Shown here: positions 27,412 through 37,283 of the stretch, piece after piece
Layout: every line of letters starts with the position of its first letter
Numbering within the stretch: position 1 is the stretch's first letter
NCBI GenBank assembly: GCA_001897475.1
Contig: MKSY01000014.1
Span: forward strand, 25,523 to 89,522
Direction: 5' to 3'
From: Alphaproteobacteria bacterium 43-37
Lineage (GTDB): Bacteria > Pseudomonadota > Alphaproteobacteria > 43-37
DNA length: 64,000 nucleotides
Position numbers and translations under genes: made by a program
Notes under the pieces: generated by a model
Told to the model about the DNA's origin: nothing
What the model saw: the letters and a program-made list of their open reading frames with translations, nothing else
Databases searched by the model: none

Positions 27412-28887
27412 ATGCATACACTAACCAAGTCCGCATTTGCTGTCATTGACATTGGATCAAACTCACTGCGACTAGTTATATTTAAAGAATTAAGCCGCCA
27501 TCCTCTCAAAATATTGGATGACAGCGTCATGTGTCGCCTAGGGGAATTAGATGATCAGTGGAATCTCAAAGACGAAAACTTAAGCCTAAGTTTTGAAACC
27601 ATCAACCGATTTAAACGAATTTGTGATACATTAAAAGTCAAACAAATTCACACCCTTGCCACAGCTGCAATCCGACTTGCCGCAAACAAAGACGTATTCT
27701 TAACGTATTGCAAAGAACAATTTGGCATAAATGTCAACGTTATCACAGGAGAAGAAGAGGCAAAACTTGCAGCCAATGGCGTTTTAAGTGCTTTCGAAAA
27801 ACCGCATGGCATTGTCGCGGACCTTGGTGGAAGCAGCTTAGAATTAACCCGAATGAACAAAGGACGCTTATGCGAGAAAATCAGCCTGCCAGTTGGTCCT
27901 CTTAATTTAAACACTTATACAACGCCCAGCCGTAAACAAGACTTCCTACACAAGCATTTAGCGGCAGCTAAGCCTCTTTTCACTGCCCCCATAGATACAC
28001 TCTACTTAGTTGGCGGTTCAACACGAGCCATTGCAAAAGCTTATATGGAAAAAGAGCGCTACCCTATTGAAATTATACATGGGTATGAAATGACAAAGGC
28101 ACAAGCCGTTGATGCTCTTTCGTGGCTACAATCCAAAAACCCAGAAGAGCTCGCTAAACTCCCACCGCGTGTAAGCCGGCGCAAACACCTGCTTCCAAGC
28201 GCGGCTCAGGTTATCAACACGCTCATTGAATCCGTAAATCCAAAAAATATTACCATTAGCGGATATGGACTAAGGGAAGGTTTTGTATTCTCCCTTCTGA
28301 CACAAGAAATTAAGAATGAAGACATACTAGCAACTTCTTGCCACACATTGATTAACTTTGAACAGGAGCTAACCCCTCTTTATCATCAACTTTCCGCATG
28401 GGCACAACCAGCCGTCTTCCACTCCTCATTTGATCAGGATCGTTACAAACGACTTTTGGATGCTATAGCCATCCTCAATAACATTGGCTGGGGTGCATTC
28501 CAAGAATATCGGGCCGAATATTCTTTCAAAAAAATCCTTCATTCCCCATGGATTATGTGCACTCATAAAGAACGCATCATCATTGCGCTAGCCCTTTTTT
28601 ATCGTTATGATGGCAAGAAAAAGGACCTAACCCTTCAACCCTATTTAACCTTAATTACGCCCGAAGAGCACTTATTCGCTCAAACTGCTGGCCTTATCAT
28701 GCGCTTTTATGCCTTGCTATTCGACAACATTCCGGCAACCATCAGTTTATTCTCCTATCAGATTTATGACAAAACGTTGCATATTCAAGCTCCGCCAGGG
28801 CTCATCCTTGAAGGACGCCTCAAAGGATTAGAAAAATCTTTTGCTAAACTTCTCAAGCTCAAGTTAAAATTCGACTTTGTTGAATAA
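27412..28887 (+). CDS. ppx: Exopolyphosphatase / guanosine pentaphosphate phosphohydrolase (Ppx/GppA), long form
   Basis: 491 aa. N-terminal AVIDIGSNSLRLVIF actin-like ATPase fold plus a C-terminal extension. Immediately downstream of ppk. Confidence 0.8.
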   Translation: MHTLTKSAFAVIDIGSNSLRLVIFKELSRHPLKILDDSVMCRLGELDDQWNLKDENLSLSFETINRFKRICDTLKVKQIHTLATAAIRLAANKDVFLTYCKEQFGINVNVITGEEEAKLAANGVLSAFEKPHGIVADLGGSSLELTRMNKGRLCEKISLPVGPLNLNTYTTPSRKQDFLHKHLAAAKPLFTAPIDTLYLVGGSTRAIAKAYMEKERYPIEIIHGYEMTKAQAVDALSWLQSKNPEELAKLPPRVSRRKHLLPSAAQVINTLIESVNPKNITISGYGLREGFVFSLLTQEIKNEDILATSCHTLINFEQELTPLYHQLSAWAQPAVFHSSFDQDRYKRLLDAIAILNNIGWGAFQEYRAEYSFKKILHSPWIMCTHKERIIIALALFYRYDGKKKDLTLQPYLTLITPEEHLFAQTAGLIMRFYALLFDNIPATISLFSYQIYDKTLHIQAPPGLILEGRLKGLEKSFAKLLKLKLKFDFVE

Positions 28888-28901
28888 AACTTTAAGCTTA
28901 A

Positions 28902-29177
28902 GTGGTGTGCAATATGACCCGTCGCGACCAAATTTCCCAATCCCTTACTCACGCTTTCAGCCCATTTGTTCTTGAAGTGATCGATGAATCACACAAACAT
29001 GCAGGCCATAGTGGCGTTCCAGAAGGCAGTTCAGAAACCCATTTTAAAGTCAAAATAGGCGCGGAGAAACTCTCAACTCTCTCGCGTGTTCAAGCGCATA
29101 GGTTGATTAATGATGTTCTTAAATCCTTTTTTGAGGAAGGCTTGCATGCATTGAGCATCGAGATTATGGTAAGCTGA
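28902..29177 (+). CDS. BolA family protein
   Basis: 91 aa. DESHKHAGH ... SRVQAHRLIN matches the BolA helix-turn-helix signature. Confidence 0.7.
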   Translation: MVCNMTRRDQISQSLTHAFSPFVLEVIDESHKHAGHSGVPEGSSETHFKVKIGAEKLSTLSRVQAHRLINDVLKSFFEEGLHALSIEIMVS

Positions 29178-29358
29178 TCTCATTATTGCTTAGAACAAAT
29201 TCATCCTTCATCACATATCGCCACAAGGTTTCCTGCCCGCCACCACGAATACCTATACGCTTTGTAATATCGCTCAGCTTTGTTAAAACCTTTAGGAATT
29301 ATAAACTTTTTTTGGTAGCTTATCAGGCAACAGGGTTACAATACCATCAGAGGCAAAG

Positions 29359-30708
29359 TTGCTAAGAAGAGCCTTTAAATACCTAATTATTTTGGCAATC
29401 ACTTTATCAAGCCCTCCTGTCTTAGGGCAAATTGTTACAGCCATTCGAGCCAGCCAAGAGCAAAATAAGATGAGGCTCGTTTTTGATTTATCAAAAGAGG
29501 CGACATATAGTGTTTCTCCCAATAAACGAGAATTGATCATTAAAATTCCTAAGATTCAATCTCACCAAATAACAGCAGAAAAATTGGGACAGATTCAAGA
29601 GCAGTATCATGAGTTTGTTCAGGCTATTCATTTTAAAACACTTAAAGGAGGCCTAAAAATAAGATTAATCTGCAAGCCACATGTTTCCCTTGTATATCAT
29701 TCCTGCCTAAAAAAAGACCACAAGTTCAACAAACCGCCTCGCATCATCTTGGATTTCATGCTCAATCCCCCTAACAAAAAACTTGCTAAAGCAATCACTC
29801 CTAAACTTTCCATGCAGGAAGCCTGGGATTCACAGATCACCCGAATCTTAACACAATCTGCACCTGCGCCCACATCTCAATCGCTTCCAGAACAACCACA
29901 GGTAGTAGACACGCCCAAAAATATACCTTTGCCCATACAAGAGCAGGAAGTGAGAAAGCAAGAAACTTATGACTTATCCTTGCCGAAAGAAAAACCTCTG
30001 TATCTTGTTGTTCAACCCAAGCCAAAACCTTTGATTGTCATTGATCCTGGCCATGGTGGTGAAGACCCTGGTGCCATAAGCCCCACGGGCGTTCAAGAGA
30101 AAAATGTTACGCTTGCTATTGCGACCAAACTTCAACAAGACCTCCTCAAAACCGGACAATTTAGAGTCAGTCTAACACGCACAACGGATGTGTTCGTCTC
30201 ACTTGCTGAAAGGCTTGACTATGCCAAAAGACAACAAGCGGATTTATTCATTTCAATTCATGCTGACAGCCACCCAGATCCAAAAATGCATGGCTTATCT
30301 ATTTATACGCTATCTAAAACAGCCTCAGATAAAGAAGCTGAAAACCTAGCGCGAAGAGAGAACAGTGCAGACCAAATTAAAGGGATAAGGCTCCACCATG
30401 AAAATGTTGAGGTCGCTAATATTCTCATTGACCTAACTCAACGCGAAACCTCTAATCGCTCTAGACTCTTTGCCAAAACGCTTATTGATGTGTTCCGCAA
30501 TAAAAAATACCGCAACCTCATCCCCAGCCCCAACCGCGCTGCTGCTTTTGTGGTTCTTAAAGCACAAGATATACCATCTGCGTTGGTTGAGATGGGCTAC
30601 CTTTCCAACAAATCAGATGTTACATGGCTCAGCCAAACCCAATCCCAGAATGAACTGGTGAGAGATTTAGGGCAAACTATCCAAACTTATTTTTCGCGCA
30701 TTCCATAA
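29359..30708 (+). CDS. amiC: N-acetylmuramoyl-L-alanine amidase (AMIN + Amidase_3), AmiC-like
   Basis: 449 aa. Signal peptide, N-terminal AMIN-like beta domain, Pro/Gln-rich linker, and catalytic domain IVIDPGHGGEDPGA...SIHAD...E. Confidence 0.75.
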   Translation: MLRRAFKYLIILAITLSSPPVLGQIVTAIRASQEQNKMRLVFDLSKEATYSVSPNKRELIIKIPKIQSHQITAEKLGQIQEQYHEFVQAIHFKTLKGGLKIRLICKPHVSLVYHSCLKKDHKFNKPPRIILDFMLNPPNKKLAKAITPKLSMQEAWDSQITRILTQSAPAPTSQSLPEQPQVVDTPKNIPLPIQEQEVRKQETYDLSLPKEKPLYLVVQPKPKPLIVIDPGHGGEDPGAISPTGVQEKNVTLAIATKLQQDLLKTGQFRVSLTRTTDVFVSLAERLDYAKRQQADLFISIHADSHPDPKMHGLSIYTLSKTASDKEAENLARRENSADQIKGIRLHHENVEVANILIDLTQRETSNRSRLFAKTLIDVFRNKKYRNLIPSPNRAAAFVVLKAQDIPSALVEMGYLSNKSDVTWLSQTQSQNELVRDLGQTIQTYFSRIP

Positions 30709-30716
30709 TTTATGCA

Positions 30717-32129
30717 TTAGGACATTTGGTCCTGGATTCGCCCCAATGATTCCTCTCGGCCCAAGACATGCATAACTTCAAAAAGGCTTGGGGACGATGA
30801 TGAGCCCGTTAGCGCAGCCCTGAGTGGCTGGGCAACTTGCCCTAACTTAAGACCTAATTGCTCAGCTAATGCTTTCATTTGCAGCTCCAAGGAACTCTCA
30901 TCCCAGCTCTTAAGAGAAGAGAGGCTCTCATGAATCTGAGCTAAAAGATTCGAAGATGCACCCTGCAGCAACTTTTGGGCCGCTTCAGAAATAGGAATAG
31001 GACGAGGCAAGAGGTAAAACTGCGCTGACTCAGCCAGTTCACATAATGTCTTCGCACGAATTTTGAGCCCAGGCATCCCCTTCAAAAGACGCTCCCGACC
31101 AATAGATGAAACGATGACTTTCAAAGATGGCAGCAATCTCTCAAGCAGCTGTACATCATCCATTTCTTTAAGGTAATGGGCGTTTAGATGCGTTAATTTT
31201 GCTAAATCCAATCGAGAAGGCGCTTTACCAATCCCATCTACATCAAACCAAGAAATGGCTTGTTCTCTTGAGATGATCTCGTCATCGCCATGCCCCCAAC
31301 CAAGCCGAAGTAGGTAATTACATAAAGCTTCTGGCAAAAACCCCATGTCTTTATATGCATCAGCAGCCAAAGCTCCATGACGCTTAGATAACTTTGCGCC
31401 ATCTGGTCCATGGATCAACGGGATATGTGCAAACTGCGGGATATCCCAACCCATGCTTGCATAAATTTGATACTGCCGGAAAGTGTTGGTCAAATGATCA
31501 TCGCCACGAATAACATGCGTAATAGCCATATCGTGGTCATCCACCACGACCGAAAGCATATACGTTGGCGTTCCATCGGCTCTCAACAGAACCATATCAT
31601 CCAATTCTTGGTTTTGAATGGTAACAGGCCCCTGCACCAAATCATGAACGGTTGTTGTTCCATCCCTCGGCGCCTTAAGGCGGATAACAGGTTTTACTCC
31701 AGCTGGAGCCTCTTTTGGATCCCGATCTCGCCACACACCATTGTATCTTGGAGGGCGGTTATTGCGACGAGCATCCTCGCGCATGATTTCCAGCTCCTCG
31801 GGCGAACAATAACAGTGATAAGCCTTACCCTGCTTCAGCAATTCATGAGCTACTTCTACATGCCTGGGGCTTCGAGCAAATTGGAAAACAGGCTCTTCAT
31901 CCGCTTGGATATCCAACCACTTTAAGCTATTAAAAATAGTTTGGACAGCTTCTTCTGTTGAACGAGCACGGTCGGTATCTTCAATCCTCAGCAAAAATTC
32001 TCCGCCATGATGACGCGCAAACAGCAAATTAAAAAGAGCTGTTCTGGCACCGCCAATATGCAAATACCCTGTTGGAGAAGGCGCAAATCGTGTAATGACT
32101 GTCATAGGGTTCACCCTTATCAACTTCAT
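30717..32129 (-). CDS. gltX: Glutamate--tRNA ligase
   Basis: 470 aa. Class-I HIGH motif PSPTGYLHIGGARTA and KMSKS-like KLSKR. Confidence 0.9.
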   Translation of the reverse strand: MKLIRVNPMTVITRFAPSPTGYLHIGGARTALFNLLFARHHGGEFLLRIEDTDRARSTEEAVQTIFNSLKWLDIQADEEPVFQFARSPRHVEVAHELLKQGKAYHCYCSPEELEIMREDARRNNRPPRYNGVWRDRDPKEAPAGVKPVIRLKAPRDGTTTVHDLVQGPVTIQNQELDDMVLLRADGTPTYMLSVVVDDHDMAITHVIRGDDHLTNTFRQYQIYASMGWDIPQFAHIPLIHGPDGAKLSKRHGALAADAYKDMGFLPEALCNYLLRLGWGHGDDEIISREQAISWFDVDGIGKAPSRLDLAKLTHLNAHYLKEMDDVQLLERLLPSLKVIVSSIGRERLLKGMPGLKIRAKTLCELAESAQFYLLPRPIPISEAAQKLLQGASSNLLAQIHESLSSLKSWDESSLELQMKALAEQLGLKLGQVAQPLRAALTGSSSSPSLFEVMHVLGREESLGRIQDQMS

Positions 32130-32144
32130 TGAATTGGCGATAAA

Positions 32145-34184
32145 GTGCGACGATTTTCAAACTTTTGCAAGACACTTTGCTTCACAACTGTTTCTGTTAA
32201 TGATGTCATTTTCTTTATTCCTATCTGTTTAGGTGTAGGAGCCACCTTATTTTTCTGGGCACCTTTCACTGCTATTTCAATAAAAATGCCTCTTTTGATC
32301 ACAGCCTGTGCTTGGTCATTTATTTGGATGTTTCGTAAAAAAACAATTATCCCCCTTGCTCTAATCATTCTTTTAACCTGCATTGGCACCCTATTGACAT
32401 CCATACGCACAACATGGGTTTCAACCCAGCACCAAATGCTGTCAACCCCTATCAAAAAAGCTCATGTAGTTGGCCAAATACTAGAAATTGAAAAAACCAC
32501 AAAAGGGTATCGTTATCTTGTGAAAGTTCATCCAAGCTCACAATTTCAAGAGGAAAAAGTGCCCTTAAAAAATATTCGTGTATCCTCACAGCTACGCACT
32601 AACAATTTGCACATTGGTGATCAAGTGACCTTTGACGCCACACTTTTACCCATATCAGGAGCATTAGCACCACAAGGATACAATTTTAGGAGACAAGCCT
32701 TCTTCCAAGGCTTAAGCGCAACTGGCTTTGTCTGGGGAAAAATGCGTGTAACACAACCTAACGAAGGGTTACCTTTATCCATCAATGCGTTGCGGCATAC
32801 CATCCAAAAACGCTTGGACGAACACATTTTTGACAAACAAATTGCTAGCATTGCGACAGCTTTGATCACATCGGAAAGATCCGGTATCAATGATGAGACC
32901 AACCAAATCTTCAACCGCTCGGGTCTGGCTCATATTTTATCTATATCTGGTCTTCATTTTAGCATTTTAGCTGGGCTGGTTTTCCTTTTCTGCCGCCGTT
33001 CCTTAACATTGATCCCCTTTTTAGCTTATAGATATGACCTTAAAAAGATCGGCGCTATCGTTGTCATGGCATCAGCTATTACTTACGCTTTGATTGCTGG
33101 GATGAATGTCCCAGTTATGCGCTCCTTGATCATGATTATGATGGTCATGGTGGCTATTTTGTTTGACCGAGAGCCGTTCACACTGAGGTTAGTCTCTTTT
33201 GCAGCTACCGTGATCTTAATGTTCACCCCAGAGGCTGTTATAACGGCAAGCTTTCAAATGTCCTTTGCCGCCGTCATTGCTCTTGTATCTTATTATGAGC
33301 ACGAGAAAGAAAAAGTGAACATTATCCCCAACAACGTTTGGTGGCGATATATTATCACCCCAACCAAAGCGGTTATCATCACGACAACCTTAGCCACGAT
33401 TGCAACAGCTCCTTTTACCATCTTACACTTTGGTCGTATTACTCTTTATGCAGTTATAGCTAATGCTCTAGCCATTCCACTCACCGCTATGGTCATTATG
33501 CCAGCTGTCTTAATGTTTTTTTTGCTTTTTCCTTTCAACCTTGATTATCTAGCGGCTTTCTTCCTTGAAAAAGGCATTACGTGGTTGATAGAAATCGCCC
33601 GGTTTGTCAGCAACATTCCTTATTCCATATGGATATGCCCACCTCTTTACCCATGGGCTGAAAATTTATTTCTGACAACTTTTATCGCTGGAGGCCTCTG
33701 TTGGGCAATTGGCAAAAACCGCGTTAGACAAATTGGCAGTACCCTTGCCCTCTTATCCTTTGGACTTACCATATTTGCTAAGCCATATGATATTATTTGC
33801 CAAAAGGAACCTTTTGTTCTGGCTTATTCCTCTGGCAAGCAAGCAACCTTTATTGGTGCAACTTCTCAGTTTCTCATCAACCAATGGTCTAAGGCTTTGG
33901 GCTTAGATGAAAAGCATATCAATGTTGTTCCATTATGTCAGAATAACCATGCCCAAATCAGAAGCAGCGGATCTTCGAAAGGAGCTAGCCCTTGCTTGTA
34001 TTTTAGCGATCAAAAACCACTAAGAATTGGTGAAATTAAAGTCAGCCAACAGCCTGATGGCATCCTCGTACAGACTTTAGAGCAGGAGCATCTAATAAAT
34101 GACGAGTGCCCCAAAATAGCTTTATCAAGGGATGGGAAAAGATTGAAAAAAACATGTTTACCCCACTCTACCTTTTCTTGGTAG
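32145..34184 (+). CDS. comEC: ComEC/Rec2 family membrane protein (no obvious C-terminal metallo-beta-lactamase domain)
   Basis: 679 aa. N-terminal DUF4131-like region and a polytopic competence domain (GLAHILSISGLHFSIL). Shorter than the canonical ~750-800 aa ComEC. Confidence 0.6.
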   Translation: MRRFSNFCKTLCFTTVSVNDVIFFIPICLGVGATLFFWAPFTAISIKMPLLITACAWSFIWMFRKKTIIPLALIILLTCIGTLLTSIRTTWVSTQHQMLSTPIKKAHVVGQILEIEKTTKGYRYLVKVHPSSQFQEEKVPLKNIRVSSQLRTNNLHIGDQVTFDATLLPISGALAPQGYNFRRQAFFQGLSATGFVWGKMRVTQPNEGLPLSINALRHTIQKRLDEHIFDKQIASIATALITSERSGINDETNQIFNRSGLAHILSISGLHFSILAGLVFLFCRRSLTLIPFLAYRYDLKKIGAIVVMASAITYALIAGMNVPVMRSLIMIMMVMVAILFDREPFTLRLVSFAATVILMFTPEAVITASFQMSFAAVIALVSYYEHEKEKVNIIPNNVWWRYIITPTKAVIITTTLATIATAPFTILHFGRITLYAVIANALAIPLTAMVIMPAVLMFFLLFPFNLDYLAAFFLEKGITWLIEIARFVSNIPYSIWICPPLYPWAENLFLTTFIAGGLCWAIGKNRVRQIGSTLALLSFGLTIFAKPYDIICQKEPFVLAYSSGKQATFIGATSQFLINQWSKALGLDEKHINVVPLCQNNHAQIRSSGSSKGASPCLYFSDQKPLRIGEIKVSQQPDGILVQTLEQEHLINDECPKIALSRDGKRLKKTCLPHSTFSW

Positions 34185-35349
34185 ATTTTCGGCCATCTAC
34201 ATAAGCTAACCAAAATGCAAATGGCAGTTTAATGATTAATGCAAAAAAGATAACATACGCCACATTTAGGTTAGATTTCATGCACCAAAGCGCGCAAACG
34301 CCATAAAGGGTGCTCAAACAAGTGTAAACACTGGTAGTGGCAGTTTGGCTTAAGTACAAACGAGACAGCCGGTGGAATAGGTATTCCTTATGGGGTTTGA
34401 AAATGTTCTTCCCTTGAAACAACCTGTAGATCAGTGTGAAAGATGCATCAAAAATAAATGGAAACAAAATAGCAGGTAACGCATAAGGCGAATAGAATGC
34501 CGGCTCAGACTCACCCACAAGAACTGTCAAGATGCTCAAAGAAACACCCAAGGTTTGGCTGCCAATATCTCCTAGAAATATGGTAGCTTTGGGAAAGTTA
34601 AAAGCAAGAAAAGCAGATACGCCAGCAATTAAGCCAAGAGCAAGAACGGATGCCTCATAATGGTGATGTATGCCCGTAAATCCTAAGATAAATAAACATA
34701 CGACTAGCGTGACGTTACCTGCTAATCCATTTAGGCCATCCATAAAATTGAAGGCATTGGTGAAAAAGACAATCCACAAGAATGTAAGAGGAATAGAAAA
34801 AGAGCCAAGCTCAACGATGTCCACGAGTGGGATTTGCAACTTTGTAAATGTCACGCCTTGCGCCACAATGATACAAGCACAGAAAATTTGGGCAGCCCCA
34901 CGAATTGATGCAGGTAAACGGCGCCAATCATCAAGCAAACCAATGGCTGCCATGACAGATATCACCACCAAAAAACTAACCCAAACATGCCTTGGGTATT
35001 TTGCTATGCCTAAATCTAAATACCCCATAACCAAAATAGTCAAAGCCATAAGCACATATATGGCAAGCCCACCAGCCCTTGGTGTTGGCACTGTATGGGA
35101 AGACCTGTGTTCAGGAACATCTGCCAAATTAATGTGGATCATGAGTTTAATCAGAAGGCTGGCAAAAACAACAGCTGCGAAGATCAGCATAAGCCGCTTT
35201 TGCGGATCGCATAAAGCAACGACCCAATCGCTCGAATGCACATAAGCCGCAAAATCAGCTCCGTTTAAGCTGAATAAATAGCTAGCTACAAAAGGGACTA
35301 TACCCATGTAAACAATTTTTTGGATGATTTGTTGTGTGCGACGCTTCAT
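34168..35349 (-). CDS. Glycosyltransferase family 4 polyprenyl-phosphate HexNAc-1-phosphate transferase (WecA/MraY superfamily)
   Basis: 393 aa. 10-11 TM helices, NAFNFMDGLNGLA (DDxxD-type Mg site) and the VFxGDxGS motif. Confidence 0.7.
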   Translation of the reverse strand: MKRRTQQIIQKIVYMGIVPFVASYLFSLNGADFAAYVHSSDWVVALCDPQKRLMLIFAAVVFASLLIKLMIHINLADVPEHRSSHTVPTPRAGGLAIYVLMALTILVMGYLDLGIAKYPRHVWVSFLVVISVMAAIGLLDDWRRLPASIRGAAQIFCACIIVAQGVTFTKLQIPLVDIVELGSFSIPLTFLWIVFFTNAFNFMDGLNGLAGNVTLVVCLFILGFTGIHHHYEASVLALGLIAGVSAFLAFNFPKATIFLGDIGSQTLGVSLSILTVLVGESEPAFYSPYALPAILFPFIFDASFTLIYRLFQGKNIFKPHKEYLFHRLSRLYLSQTATTSVYTCLSTLYGVCALWCMKSNLNVAYVIFFALIIKLPFAFWLAYVDGRKSTKKR

Positions 35350-35368
35350 AAAAAGCCTAATATTAAGC

Positions 35369-35442
35369 TGGCTGGGGGACCTGGATTCGAACCAAGGTTC
35401 TCGGAGTCAGAGTCCGATGTTCTACCGCTAAACTATCCCCCA
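35369..35442 (-). tRNA. tRNA-Gln (anticodon CUG)
   Basis: The reverse complement TGGGGGATAGTTTAGCGGTAGAACATCGGACTCTGACTCCGAGAACCTTGGTTCGAATCCAGGTCCCCCAGCCA folds as a cloverleaf. Anticodon loop CU-CUG-AC. Confidence 0.85.
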
Positions 35443-35558
35443 TAAACTTAAAACTTAAGTTTTTGTCCTAAAATTGGAGTTTATGGAAATGAGGCTGTTT
35501 TGCAAGAAAGTTTTTTGATATTATCAAATTAATTTGAGAATTATCGGAATAGAGAAAA

Positions 35559-36521
35559 GTGATACACCCATTGGCAAAGCAAAAAGATTTGAAACACTTT
35601 GCCGCAATAGACCTAGGAACAAACAGCTGCCGTCTACTTATTGCAACCCCAACAACGGCAGGTTTTAAGGTTGTTTTTGCCTTCTCACGCATGGTTAGGC
35701 TTGGCGAAGATCTAGCCCAGCATCAGCGAATCCTTGAGGGGCCCATGAATCGGACCATTCTTGCACTAAAGTTTTGCGCTGAAAAAATGTCCGAATTCAA
35801 TGTTGAGCACTACAAAGCTGTGGCAACAGCCGCCTGCCGCATGGCTGAAAATCGCGATGAATTCATTGAGCGAATTCATCAAGAATCTGGACTCACAGTA
35901 GATGTGATCGATGAGTCTACCGAAGCTGAGCTTTCGCTTTTCGGATGTTCCGGGCTTTTAAAACCCCAATACCCTTATGCCATCGTATTTGATATAGGTG
36001 GCGGAAGCACAGAGGTTATATGGGTTAGCCACTCTACCAAGGGTTCACCCACTATTATTGATTATGTTTCAGTACCCATTGGTGTCATCAATCAAGACCT
36101 CAATCAACTAACTGCCAAGACAATCTTGGCACCCATGGAGCACATGTTTGAGAAGCTTTCAGCCAAAAATAATATCTCCTCATATCTAGCTCAAGACCAA
36201 GTACAAATGATTGGAACCTCGGGAACAGTAACAACATTAGCCGCCATAGATATGAATCTCAAAAAATATGACCGAAAATATATTGATGGCGTTATGGTTT
36301 CCTCAAATCGCCTTTTAAGTATCATTGACCAACTCTACCAAATGTCTAACGATGAAAAACTTGCACATTCATGCATAGGTCATTCTCGGGCCGATCTTAT
36401 TATTCCTGGGGCAGAAATATTTAAATGTATCCATCATTTCTGGCCCGTCAAAAATCTTATTATTGCCGACAGAGGTGTTCGCGAAGGCATCCTTATGAAA
36501 ATGCTTCAATCTTCAACTTGA
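35559..36521 (+). CDS. Ppx/GppA family phosphatase, short form (second paralog)
   Basis: 320 aa. AAIDLGTNSCRLLIA and DIGGGSTE motifs of the Ppx/GppA ASKHA fold. Lacks the C-terminal HD-like extension of the 491-aa copy. Confidence 0.7.
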   Translation: MIHPLAKQKDLKHFAAIDLGTNSCRLLIATPTTAGFKVVFAFSRMVRLGEDLAQHQRILEGPMNRTILALKFCAEKMSEFNVEHYKAVATAACRMAENRDEFIERIHQESGLTVDVIDESTEAELSLFGCSGLLKPQYPYAIVFDIGGGSTEVIWVSHSTKGSPTIIDYVSVPIGVINQDLNQLTAKTILAPMEHMFEKLSAKNNISSYLAQDQVQMIGTSGTVTTLAAIDMNLKKYDRKYIDGVMVSSNRLLSIIDQLYQMSNDEKLAHSCIGHSRADLIIPGAEIFKCIHHFWPVKNLIIADRGVREGILMKMLQSST

Positions 36522-36587
36522 TTTGCCATTTGCAAAAATGTTAAACACATACCCAGAAGCAACTGCACTAAGGGTTTAGCCCCCCCA

Positions 36588-37283
36588 ATGAGATCACGTA
36601 CACCAACTGTTAAGCTTAAAAATGCGCGAAAGCATTCGGCTTCCTCTCAAAAATGGCTTTTGAGGCAGTTGAATGATCCATACGTCCATGCATCAAAACA
36701 AAAGGGGTATCGATCCCGCGCTTCCTTTAAATTGCTAGAAATTGATGAAAAATTTAAGCTCTTTCATGCTAACGCGCGTGTTCTAGACCTTGGATGCGCT
36801 CCAGGAGGCTGGCTTCAAATTGCGATGGAGAGGTTAACAAAAAACGGCGCTATTGCGTTGCAACCAGGGCAAATCGTTGGCGTAGATCTACTGGATGTGG
36901 ATCCAATCCCTAACGTAACGATCATTAAGGGTGATTTTTTGGATCCCGACATTGCCGCCAACGTTATGTCTTCATTAGGAGGCCCTGCAAGCGTCGTCCT
37001 AAGTGATATGGCAGCTTCTTCAACCGGGCATGCTTCAACAGATCACCTTCGCATTATGGCTTTGCTAGAGGCTGCCTATGAATGCGCCGTAACTGTTTTA
37101 GAACCAGGAGGCGCTTTTGTAGGCAAGGTTTTGCAAGGTGGAACAACTAATGAGCTATTGGTTAAATTGAAGCAATCATTCAAAAAGGTTTCACACTTTA
37201 AGCCAAAAGCCAGCCGCAAAGATTCCGCAGAAACTTATGTTGTTGCCTTACATTTCAAGGGGCAGGCTTCAAATGCATCCTAG
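36588..37283 (+). CDS. rlmE: 23S rRNA (uridine2552-2'-O)-methyltransferase RlmE/FtsJ
   Basis: 231 aa. RSRASFKLLEIDEKFKLF and SAM-binding VLDLGCAPGGW. Confidence 0.85.
   Translation: MRSRTPTVKLKNARKHSASSQKWLLRQLNDPYVHASKQKGYRSRASFKLLEIDEKFKLFHANARVLDLGCAPGGWLQIAMERLTKNGAIALQPGQIVGVDLLDVDPIPNVTIIKGDFLDPDIAANVMSSLGGPASVVLSDMAASSTGHASTDHLRIMALLEAAYECAVTVLEPGGAFVGKVLQGGTTNELLVKLKQSFKKVSHFKPKASRKDSAETYVVALHFKGQASNAS

Noticed and set aside
31410-31925. 171-aa ORF antisense to gltX
   Set aside because: It lies entirely inside the well-supported glutamyl-tRNA synthetase gene on the opposite strand. No independent signals support it.
34670-35245. 191-aa ORF antisense to the WecA-like GT4 gene
   Set aside because: It is embedded in a membrane-protein gene. 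Antisense frames of hydrophobic genes often give long spurious ORFs.
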